64,000 bases of DNA, taken from positions 75,330,001 to 75,394,000 of the forward strand of contig CM060732.1 in NCBI GenBank assembly GCA_030704615.1. The letters run 5' to 3'. Position numbers and translations under genes: made by a program. Positions 54,074 to 64,000 of the stretch are shown piece after piece. Position 1 is the stretch's first letter. The number at the start of each line of letters is the position of its first letter. Source of the DNA: Takakia lepidozioides (taxonomy: Eukaryota; Plantae; Bryophyta). The notes beneath the pieces are model-generated. The model saw only the letters and a list, made by a program, of their open reading frames with translations, was not told the DNA's origin and made no database searches.

Positions 54074-54463
54074 TTGAAATGTGAACACATGCAGCAACAG
54101 AATTGCGGCACATGTCTGCACTCTATCTGACTGAAGTGGCATGAGGCCGCGCGGCCTGACCGTTGGATAATGATGTTTGTTTTTCGGACGGCAGGCGTAC
54201 CCTTTGGAATTTCGTAATGACGCAAAGGCCACGAGGAGACACTTTCGTCCAACCCTTTCGAACCCAAGTGGTGCATCACCGCCGTTTCATCTACTTTTGT
54301 CGTGTCTCCTCAGTCACCCCTCTCGCGCGCTTTCCATCTGCACTCTTTGCCCTTTTTCCCTGTCTTTGTTCTTCTTATGCTCGAACCTGAGGGGGGGGGA
54401 GTTCGTGCACCAGACAGGAGACCTCGTCGCAAGCTCCGAAATTTATACTTCGGACGTAGGCCA

Positions 54464-57400
54464 ATGCCGAAGGGGAGGAAGCAGATGCGTCTACAGGAGG
54501 AGATTGCCATCTCCGAGCAGCAGGCCACTCAGGCAACCCAGCCACCAGTGAGAGCTCCATGCGATCGGGCTGCGCGCATCTGATCGAGCACCGAACCCCC
54601 CATTTTTCTTCTATAATTCTTAGACTGAATGCTAGGAGACTTGAATGCAGAACATGTTTGCATGCCTAACAGGAAAGGTGGACGTGCTGGAGGGATCGCA
54701 GGAATCCGAAGAGCCGCAGGAAGAGTCCGTGGAGCTAGCTGCAGCACGTACACCCACCCGATCCTCGAGCGCGGGTATTCCTGTCGGGCCTAGCCCTGTG
54801 CGTTTCAAAGACGCGGCTTCGAAGGGCAAGTTCAAAGCCCCAGAGATCGACTCGCGTTCTTCGGTCATGGAGAATCGCCAGCAGGGATCGGGCCCTTCTC
54901 CAGGAAAGTCAAAGAAGAAGCAGCCCGTCCCTCTACTGGTTTCTGAATCGGCTCAGGCCGTTTCACCCCCACCAACGCGAATGAAGCAGTAGGGTAAAAA
55001 ACAGATTCAATTGCAGCAGACACCTTCACCTGCAAGGATGAGGAAGCAGAAGGCAATCAGGGGGACGGCCAAACAATCTCCCGCAAAACCGCTTCCACGA
55101 GCTGAAGCTCTGTTCCTGGAGGATTTCTCGCCTGCAGATGTTGGGGCCGTCTCTGCTGCAGCGAAGGCAATGGGATCGACCGTTTCTGTCGATTTGGTAC
55201 CGGAGGAGGGTGCTGCCGCTCAACGTTCGTAGCAAGACCTCACCACCGATGAGCAAGCAGGCCCGGAGGAGGCCTCTGCAATGGCAGAATTGCCCGCAAA
55301 CAGGCCCCAGAGTGCAGCTCCAGTTGAGGATGCTACAGCTGCTCAGCCACTACCGGCACCTACAGACATGTCTCCGGAGGATTTCAAAAGTGCAGCGGAT
55401 AAAATGTTGGAGGAGACACACAGTAGCATTGGCAGAGTTCTGGGCAGCAGGGTATTCCAACGGACTCTTCGAATCCCACTCTGTCGCATGGTCTCCCTTC
55501 CCATCGTCAGGCAGGCCCTTCCCGGAGATGTGGATAAGCTGAAGTTCGCATTTCGAGAAGGGTACCGTCTGGGATCGGCAGCGTTTTACGTTTCCATTGA
55601 GAATGAGGACGGCGAAACTCGTGGACCCACTGCCGATGAATTGTCAACGTGGGATACCCACTGGCACACTCGCAACGACGAATTCGAGGCGACGCTGAAG
55701 GGTGATCCAGACTTCGGCCATATGTCGGGTAAAATGTTCTTTGTGTGGGACGGGAATCACCGACTTCTGCCTGGTGGGAGTACATCAAGCAGAACCATGC
55801 CAAGCACATTGGCTGGCATTACATGGTGGAGTGTGTCATCCTCAAGGTGAAGGCGGCAGACTCCTCCCTGCTCAAGAATGCCATGGCGGACCTCAACTCG
55901 TAAGATACTCATACCCTCCCTAGCACGTTCGAAATGCGGTGCCGCATTTCGGTTTCCATTCTGGTTTGTTTCCGTGCTTCCGTGTACTGAACTGGAGAGT
56001 GTGCCTTGCAGGGTCACTGAGAATGCGTACGTGCATACCCACATGGCACATATGCTGTACAGGGTGAGGAAAACTGGTCTCACTGATCCGCAGATGTTTG
56101 CGGAAATGCTGGAGCCCGAGCTCATTCAGAAAGCCGTTGCAAAAACAGACCGGACATGGTATCGTCTCACTATGGATGGAATGGTGGAGGTGATATACGA
56201 AGTAAGTCGTCCTCCAATTTCCCTCTGCTCATCCTTCCCCAATTTCCAGTAATCTTTCCACATGAATCGAATGTAACGCTTCTACATGTTTTTGTTGGCA
56301 GTCAAACATCAAGCTGGATTTGGCCCATGCCAAACGCTTCTTCATGGAAAGTGAGGGGCAGGTCAAAACGTTGCAGTCATTGACTGAGCACTTGAAGGAA
56401 GCCGGTGTCAAGTCCAGAACCAAATACAAGTCAAAGCTTGTGAAGCTGGTGGCAATTGCAGATCCGGCACTTGGAAAGGACTTCATCCCCGAGATTGCAA
56501 AACACTATTCTCGGGCCATGCAGCCGACCATGCAATTGGAGAAACTGCATCACCTCTCAACGGCATGTGTTGAGGCGAAAGAGAAGGTGAGGTTTCAATG
56601 CACTGAAGTTCCTTCCTAGCAATAGCCACTCTCTTCCAGCTCCTGACATTGGATCGGAAATGGCAGACACGGTGGCTGTCGATCTGGAATGCATCCGAGA
56701 GCATAAGGACAATGTGGTCTTTTCCACTCGAAGTTTCCGACCCTGCAGTGGATGTGTGGCTCAACCGCATGACTTGGTGGTTCCAGGTAATTCAAGGTAC
56801 TTCCCCAGATTTGCTTTTCTGAAATGAATTCCCTGAACTGCTACGTGACAATGCATTTGGGAATCGCAGGTAATGTCGAATGCGAAGGAGCAAGTCGTAA
56901 TGCACACAAATTCGTTCGGCTTGTACGTCAAATGGGATGGAACACAGACATTGGAAGACTACGTGACACGTTTCAGATGTGCGTACAAGGACAACCTCTT
57001 CGCCAGAGAGCTACAGACAGCAAGAAGGAGCGTGGAGTTTACACATCAGGAGGGAGCGGGGAAAGTTGCAATGCGAATTGTTTACAGGTGAAGCACAGCT
57101 GCCCTTGTATGCGAAGCCTGGTTACGAGGTTTGTCTCGGAAATGCGGCACCGCATTCGCATTTTATGTTTTCGGTGGCACTCTGCGAGTAGGTTCGTCCA
57201 ATCTTATGCTCACGCATGCTGACTGCCTTGCAGGTATATGAAATACGTGCTCCTTCAGACAGGGGCCCTGGCTCAAGAGCCCCGTTCTTCATGGCTTGGA
57301 CCGTGGCGGGCCCAAGCTGTGTCTACACACCCGAGATGCAAAAACAATGGCATCCCGCGCATCTCGTTGGATGCCCCTGGTACCTGGATATGTCTGGCGG

Positions 57401-59585
57401 TATTGTTGACGAGTCTGAGAAAGATCTGCACGCCTTGGCAGAAGAGAAGAGAAAGGAAAGACGTGTCCCTGCTTGGCCAAAGTCGGCAAAGGAATCTGCT
57501 GCTCTGGAAGAATCCAGAAAGGCAGCTGAGATGGCACAAAAGACGGTGGATGCAGCTGTGCAAGCCCAACAGAAGGGGTCGAAGAAGAGGACTCGCCAGC
57601 AAGGAGCAGCTGTTGTGACACCCGCCAAAACGAAGAAGCAGAAACAGCCTGTTCAGGAAGAGGGTGAGGAAGAGGACTCCGATGGAGACTTTGCAACCAG
57701 CCCACCCCCCCCAAACGCAGGCTGCCTCCCCTGTGCCCACCGTTGTCACGAGAGGCACGAGAACTGGCTCGGCAAAGAAGGCACTCTTCAACCCCCCAGG
57801 GGGGCACCCTTTCGAGCCGGTGGAAATGAAGAGGCCGAAAGTGGCTCCCGAAACAGTAGTCCCGTGTGTAAATGAGAGTTTCTTGGCGGCTTTGGATGGA
57901 CGGGCAGCCAAGTTGGCATACATGAAGACCATGGAGGGTCTGAAGGGCAGAGCACTGAAGAAGGCGACTGCCGAAGAGCCTTCCGACACCCCAGGATTTC
58001 AGAATATGGTCTCGTTCTTTGAGAGGGTGTGTGCAGACAAGGATTGTAGGAGGGGCGGAAATGCCACCGAGTGGTCTTGCGATATGATCATCTTGGATAT
58101 TCCGGACGGAGAGCCTGTGGAAGGACTGCAAGCTTTGCCATCTTGGAACAGGTACTCGGAGGACTTTTGGAAGAAAGGATTCGGGCTTGCCCGCATGGTG
58201 TTGGATGACAGAGGCTGTGTGGTTGTCCTGGCGAGCAGAGGAAAAAACACTCAGACAGAAATTGCGAAGTGGACCCGCAAGAGCGCCGTCCCGATTCTGA
58301 AAAAGAAGTGGACGTGCATCAACACACTGGGCCTTCGGTCGGAAGGGAAGAAGGTGATTACGACACTGGCACTCGTCCATTCATTTGCTTGGGTGTTTTC
58401 AAATGCGGTGCCGCATTCGTTTCTAATCGTTCCCCCCTGTGTATGCAGACGAAGCAGTTCGATGCATACTGCTTTGTGAAGGAGAACTCCACCTTTGCTT
58501 TCCGGAAGGAGGGAGGAAAGGTTGACCCGAACTGCGACCCCCTCGATTACGACGTTCTGTTCAACAACGTTCCCAAGGAACTTCTCCCTCATAGCCTCAC
58601 TTCAACGGAACCCCTGCGGTACTCACGGACTCGGAGCCCTGCCTTCATTCAGACAATTATGGAGACATGCACAGACGTGGAGGGCACAGTGCTCGACCTC
58701 ATCTGTGGGACAAATATGCAGAATCTTGATCTATGCTGTTCTGCAAATTCTCGTTAGGATGTAGTTCGCAACATCTGAAGCACCATGTTGTAATGTGTGG
58801 ATGGCATTGTAACAGGTGCCTCAATGTGGGTTGGGCGGTTTTCCGACCGGCACCTCTTTGCCTACGAGGAGGACTCATCCGTGTGGGGATCCCATCTGGA
58901 AGGGCTGCAACGGAATGTTAAGGCTCCCAACAGAGCGGAAGTCTCCTCGGATTCGTCGGAGTCCGAGGAAGACACAGTGGACATTGATGCGGAGGAGAAC
59001 CCGGAATACGAGTGAGTGCAAACATTGTAAGTTTGCAAAGCCTTCTGGGTCATTTTTGTCAAACGAATTTCCGGACTGTGGTTCTCATTAGTCTCGTTGA
59101 TGATTGTCATGTGCAGGATTGCAGGGTCCGGGTCGAAACATGTAGGGCCTACACTTCCTGCCAGGAAGAATGTCCCGTTCTTTGCGAGGGCCGACTTCAT
59201 GACGAGCCCGGTGAGGGACTACTCCCTTCCTAGTTATGCAGCTAAACTCGCAAATACAGCGATTAGAAGAAGTGAGAATCCCAGTAAAGTAGAGCAGATT
59301 TTGGAGAGGGCTAGGGAGGACAGAAGGATAAGGAAAGAGTTGGCAGCAGCTCAGACAGGTAGACGGGTAAGAAAGTACATATGTGATTCAGCGGATGAGA
59401 GCGACGCAGACAGGGAGGAAGACGACCCAACGGAGGTGAGATGGACAGTTCCGCAAGGGGAAGATGGGATTTTCGAAAGCCTGGCCAACGAGCAGTCCGC
59501 TGGAGATGAGAAAGGCAATGAGGGGGTGGAGGCGGAGCAGGACAGTCTAGAACAGGATGAGGATTCGGATGATTTTCAAGATTAA
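54464..59585 (+). pseudogene. ParB/Srx-like domain + beta-class amino-DNA methyltransferase-like gene, multi-exon; disrupted
   Basis: ParB/Srx-like RIPLCRM...FFVWDGNHRLL (DGNHR at 55749-55763). MTase motif IV-like CDMIILDIPDG (58078-58110) precedes motif I-like VLDLICGT|GAS...R.LFAYEED (58690-58875). Introns include 55900-56011, 56202-56301, 58354-58448, 59012-59116. TAGs at 54990 and 55230, frameshifts at ~55769 and ~57712, donor at 58714 reads AT. Confidence 0.75.
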
Positions 59586-59721
59586 TAGAATTTTAATGAA
59601 GTCTCTATAAATGTAAATTCTCTTCCAGAGTATATAAAGGAAAATCTCCCCGACATTCGTGACCCCTCTCCAGTGTGCATTCCAGCCACACAATCGCCCA
59701 AACCACGACGCTCCCAAAATC

Positions 59722-60491
59722 AGAAATGGGGCACCGCATTTCCAAAATTTTGGCAACTCTAAAAACCTCTTTCGGAAATGCGGCACCACATTTCCAAAAT
59801 AGGGGAGGGACTAAATTTTCCATTTCAATGTTGGCATAGTAAAAAGTAATCGGCCGATTGGAAATGCGGTGCCGCATTTCCAAAATTTCCTTTGTCCACA
59901 CGCCAGTTTTGGCCTCTCCCGCTCATTGCATGGATGCCACCACGCTTACAGAGGTCGAACAAGGAGGTCGAACAAGGAGGTCGAGATGGCGGAATTGGAA
60001 ATGCGGTGCCGCATTTCCATATTGGGGATGGTCGTTGTTCGAACTGCAGGCCCACCAGCAAAAATTGGCACCGCATTTCATTGTCAAAAAAAAGTCGATG
60101 ACGGACATGGAAATGCGGCGCCGCATTTCCAGAACAGACATCGCAATTTGTCCATTTGCAGACCCTCTCACGGAAATGCGGTAACGCATTCCATCGCGCT
60201 GGTCGGAAATGTCACACTTTTCGAAGTGTTGGACGGAAATGCGGCACCGCATTCCCTTGTCCAAAAAGAAGTTTCCATTGCCAAGCTGGAAATGCGTCGC
60301 CGCATTTGCAATGCCAACCTCGTTGTCTGTCCAATTTATAGACCTGTGTTGGTATTTCGTGTACCTGGACGGAAATGATGCACCGCTTTCCATTGTCCGA
60401 CACTGAAATGCGGTTCATACATTTCCATGTCGGCATTGAAATGCGGCACCGCATTTTCTTGTCCGACATGGAAATGCGGCACCGCATTCCA
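59722..60491. repeat. Array 2: ~13 copies of the same palindrome downstream of the ParB-MTase gene
   Basis: Starts at 59722, 59774, 59860, 59997, 60059, 60109, 60172, 60235, 60288, 60371, 60404, 60437, 60470. Confidence 0.9.
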
Positions 60492-60747
60492 ATGTCCGAC
60501 ATGGCGTTACTCTGGTATATTCTTGACACATGACTCTCATACCGGTTACTCTGGTATATTCATCCGGACAGACAAATTGTAGAAATGAGACATCAAATTG
60601 TAAACAGTGGGCCAATTCCGACAGTTATTCAACAGAATGAAACACAATCACACAGAAGTGAGGTACAATGGGTTTATTGATCGGACACGATGTCTCACAT
60701 TTACCAACTGCAGACAAAACTAAGCCCTTCATCCTTCTACATGGGCT

Positions 60748-61450
60748 TCACCAAGTCGACGGAACTTCGATACCCCTCAAAACAAGCTCATTACTGCTGC
60801 GGCCCCTCGAGGTAAACTGCAATTCGGTCGTTCTGCTGCCCTTGCTGGAGCCGACGACAATGTCATGTCCATCAATGATACCACCATCATACATTGACAA
60901 GGTCACTGTGGGCCTCATGTGCCCGTGCGATTCGTCTTCGCAACTCAGCCGAATGTCTCCATACACTGGAAGAGCGGAGTGATCTGCACGTATATAGTTT
61001 TCCCTGGTGCCGTCCTCCCTGGTCCACTGGCAGCAGTTCTAGCGCCAAAGCGAGGCCGTGCGTGATCTGTCTGGCATCCCTTTCCAGCTTGGTATATCGA
61101 GGTCAACAATTTTCAGGACCCACGGACCACATTGACCCTCGCCCTCACCTCACTCAAAGCGGTAATAGCCCTCCAGATACTCCATTGCGCGCAAAGACTC
61201 TTGCTTGATTCCAGCAGCGTCTGTGAAAACAGAGAGCCAGACAATGATGTCTCCTGATTCTGGTTTGAACATAGCATAATCGTGGCCATGATAAGGGCAG
61301 TCGGCTGGAGTTCGGTGGCACGGCATCCTTGAAAAGTACCGGAGTACTGGAGTACACTCAATGACAGCAGCTTCCGGATGGAGGAGGAGCAGCGCGGTGG
61401 CTGGAAAAAGTTCAAGCTAACGCTGCAATTCCTCACAAACACTCCAGGGC
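60748..61450 (-). pseudogene. Unknown cargo protein, paralog A (start uncertain)
   Basis: One frame reads FSRMPCHRTPADCPYHGHDYAMFKPESGDIIVW...EYLEGYYRFE*...R*NCCQWT...YGD...LSMYDGGIIDGHDIVV...ELVLRGIEVPSTW, with stops at 61150 and 61039. Confidence 0.7.
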
Positions 61451-61678
61451 ACATTTAAATTCCCCCCCTACAGGATCCTGGACGGATGAAGATTGGCTGC
61501 TCCATGAATGTAGCCGTTTCAGTTTCCTACCCTGCCATGCAAACTATGGGCAATGACTGCCAGGTGGGCCGATAGCCACTCGACATGACAAAGTCCATCC
61601 CCCCTTCGATGTAAATGCGGCGCCGAATTTCCATCCGGGGATGGACTTCGGTGGCATATCTCAACCTATACCCCGTGG

Positions 61679-62432
61679 ATGAGAAAGAGGTATGGGCGTC
61701 GTGAACACGTTACACCTCCGTCGGTGGGTGCGTGGGACCCAGATGCTCCATTATTTGAGCCCGGACTGCTCTTCCGCTTCGCATCATTTCCAAAATCTAA
61801 GGGCTTCGTTGTTGTCCGCAAGGTCATTGTCATCGGCAGCAAAGACGTCCTCAGGTCCTCCTTTGCAAGGATGCCGTGCTTCCGGAACCGGGACGACTGC
61901 CCTTATGGAGGCATCGATTATGCAATGTATTCGGCCACATCGGGAGACATCGTTATCTGGTACACAGATTACACAGAAGATACTGGTTCGAATGTGGAAA
62001 CATTGTCCGCTTTTGAGTATCTCCCAGGCCAGTACGCCTTCGAGCGGGTGACGATCTTGGTCTGAGGAGTCCGTGGCTCCTGCGCATCCTTGATTCCGAT
62101 TTTCCCAGCTACGACGGGCACCCATGCAGAAGAATGCGCACTGCTATGCTGTTGCAGTGGAACTGCTGCCAGTGGACGTGGGTGGACTCCATCGGAGAGA
62201 CTTATACTCCTGAAGGAGTGCGCTCATCTTCTCCATTGTATGGGGACAGCGCATTGGTGTGGAGGACGAAAACGTGAAGCTTTCCATATACGATGGTGGT
62301 ATGATTGAAGGGCAGGACATTGTGGTGAACATCAACAGGGGCGGTACAACGGCTGCAATCGACTTTACCTGGAGAAGCCCGAAGACTCATGAGCTAGTTC
62401 TGAGAGCAGTCGAAGTCCCATTGACAACGTGA
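61679..62432 (+). pseudogene. Unknown cargo protein, paralog B
   Basis: FARMPCFRNRDDCPYGGIDYAMYSATSGDIVIW...EYLPGQYAFER[fs]...QWNCCQWT...YGD[fs]...LSIYDGGMIEGQDIVV...ELVLRAVEVPLTT; collinear with paralog A. Confidence 0.7.
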
Positions 62433-62811
62433 CTTGTATTCAGTGGCACAGGGCTAACGATTTCTTTGCACAATCACCACAGTAGACGTGCTTCAAATTC
62501 AATTCATGTGGATCAATAAAAACCTCATTGTGCCCTCTTTTTATTCTATTCTGTGTCCATCGTTCCCAGAATGCGTCATTGCTCATTTCGTTTGGGATTG
62601 GGAGTGTGGGAGGATTTTGCAAGTGGCTGTTAGGCTGAAATGGGCCCCCATTGTACAGAGCAGTACCACCCTACCATTCGCGAAACATTGCCATTCAATA
62701 TATAATTCTAAAAAACATTGCCGAACCTCCTTCATCGGGAGGTCCTTCTCCCCCTATGACCGTGGCACCCTTAACCCTATTCCCGCGGACACATATTTCC
62801 GTAAAATAGTC

Positions 62812-62893
62812 TGCTCATGTTTTTTTTCACACTTACGACTCTGCTCATGGCTCATGCCGCTCATGGCTCATGGCTCATGAAATAGCAGCCCCC
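62812..62893 (-). repeat. Right TIR with GCTCATG subrepeats
   Basis: (gctcatg)n aaatagcagcccc, the reverse complement of the left end. Confidence 0.8.
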
Positions 62894-63664
62894 CTTAGAT
62901 CATTTTACATCCGACGATTAGAACAATCTCTACGAGCCACACAAGCCCTAAAATACATTAAAATATTCCACGTCATGAGCCATGTGGAGCACTTATAAAA
63001 ATTCCATTTTTGAATAGGATGTGCAATGAATGCCTAGTTGTTAAGAGTCGTTCTCTAGTGCTTAAAACCACTTGTAATTGTTGTTTTAAAAAAAAAACAA
63101 TTTACGTAATTGAATTAAATCGCCGTGAATATTGCGCCGACTGCGGAGTCATTGATGCAACTTCTATCCGCCATTAGAAATGCGAATTTATCCGTTATGA
63201 CTGTGCAGTAGTAACAAACATCTCAAAGTTGTTCCCTCAGTGGTTTTGGACACGCAGTCGATTCGGAAAAGACACGAATGCTTCTAGTGCAAGAGCAGGA
63301 TTTTGGAGAGGAACAACAACCCCCCATACATCCGAGAACAGGTGAGAAGGAGACTGCATCCGAGGGAGAGACGGACGCCGAAGATGATATTGATGCTGGC
63401 CTCATGAAGCAGCAAACAGTGGAAAAAAAGATGGGGGAGATGCTCCAGAACATGCTCAACAAAGACAACAGTCCGAAGCGCAAAGGGTCTCCGGTGATTG
63501 GAGAGACTTTGAGTGCAACACAAAGACAGGTACAAGTGTTGTTCACTGATACATTTTGATTTTGCTTCATGTTATGTTGGCTATGCAATCTGAGGTAAGT
63601 GCAAGAAGAAACCATTATGGGGTGCCGCACACTGTGGGTGCTGGTCTGTCATGTTGTTTCCGGT

Positions 63665-64000
63665 TTGCAGGTTCAATCTACCCCTGATTGGAAGCTCAAA
63701 CAGCGTGTGGCAACGCACACTGTTTGAGCCCCTGTTGTGCTTGTTTTTTGTTGTGAAAATCGGCCACCTTGGGCCCACTCTGGCAGGTTGTAAACACCTC
63801 TTATTGGAAGCTCAAACAGTGTGCGGCAACGCACACTGTTTGAGCCCACCTTTGTGCTTGTTTTTTTATGTCAAATTCGGCCACATAGGGCCACTCTGGT
63901 AGGTTGAATCCACCCCTGATTGGAAGCTCAAACAGTGTGCGACAACGCACACTGTTTGAGCCCCCATTTGTGCTTGTTTTTTGATGTGAAATTTGGCCAC
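63665..64000. repeat. 116-bp tandem repeat, each unit with a 16-bp-stem hairpin; runs off the window end
   Basis: GCTCAAACAGTGTGCG-GCAA-CGCACACTGTTTGAGC and variants at 63694, 63810, 63926. Confidence 0.9.

Larger units (their letters stand above)
47853..62893. mobile_element. ~15-kb Mutator-like (MULE) DNA transposon with ParB-methyltransferase cargo and palindrome arrays
   Basis: Inverted termini GAGGTTTACTATTTCATGAGC / GCTCATGAAATAGCAGCCCC with CATGAGC subrepeats, an internal MULE transposase, and visibly more CpG than the flanks. No TSD found. Confidence 0.85.

Noticed and set aside
52618-54077. Many overlapping ORFs with EMRCRIS / GNAAPHF / KCGTAFP repeats (also 59547-60615)
   Set aside because: These are translations of the palindrome in all six frames, with no independent evidence of coding.
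49071-55232. Stop codons repaired by U-to-C RNA editing or readthrough
   Set aside because: Such editing is organellar. Coexisting frameshifts and a broken splice donor indicate ordinary decay.
57273-58380. Long minus-strand ORFs (238 and 363 aa)
   Set aside because: Antisense shadows of the GC-rich ParB-MTase exons.
47853-62893. Bacterial or phage contamination, suggested by ParB, methylase and CpG richness
   Set aside because: The genes have GT-AG introns, lie within TIRs next to a eukaryotic MULE transposase, and are contiguous with plant ABCG exons.

Overview
Intron-rich nuclear DNA of a land plant, probably a non-seed lineage (inferred from the bryophyte-style PLS-DYW PPR genes). Bases 1-35 kb are ordinary host genes: PI4K-gamma (5' part), SUV3 helicase with a LINE in one intron, golgin candidate 2, a DYW relic, an F-box gene and an MSL mechanosensitive channel. 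Bases 36-47 kb are a rearranged region. It holds a spliceable but decayed gene joining three OSB-type PDF ssDNA-binding motifs to a PLS-PPR-E-DYW deaminase, plus L1, Mutator, SUMO and ABCG fragments. Bases 47853-62893 are the main find, a ~15-kb Mutator-like transposon with CATGAGC-repeat TIRs. It carries (i) a GCM-like/DDE/SWIM transposase, (ii) a divergently oriented, intron-containing ParB/Srx-domain plus beta-class amino-(N4C/N6A) DNA methyltransferase-like gene, (iii) about 42 copies of the palindrome GGAAATGCGG-NN-CCGCATTTCC, mostly in two arrays (one with a strict 53-bp period) and singly in three introns, and (iv) a head-to-head pair of unknown paralogous genes. This copy is decaying (nonsense codons and frameshifts). 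A different hairpin-containing 116-bp tandem repeat starts at the window end. All domain calls come from motif recognition by eye; no database searches were run.
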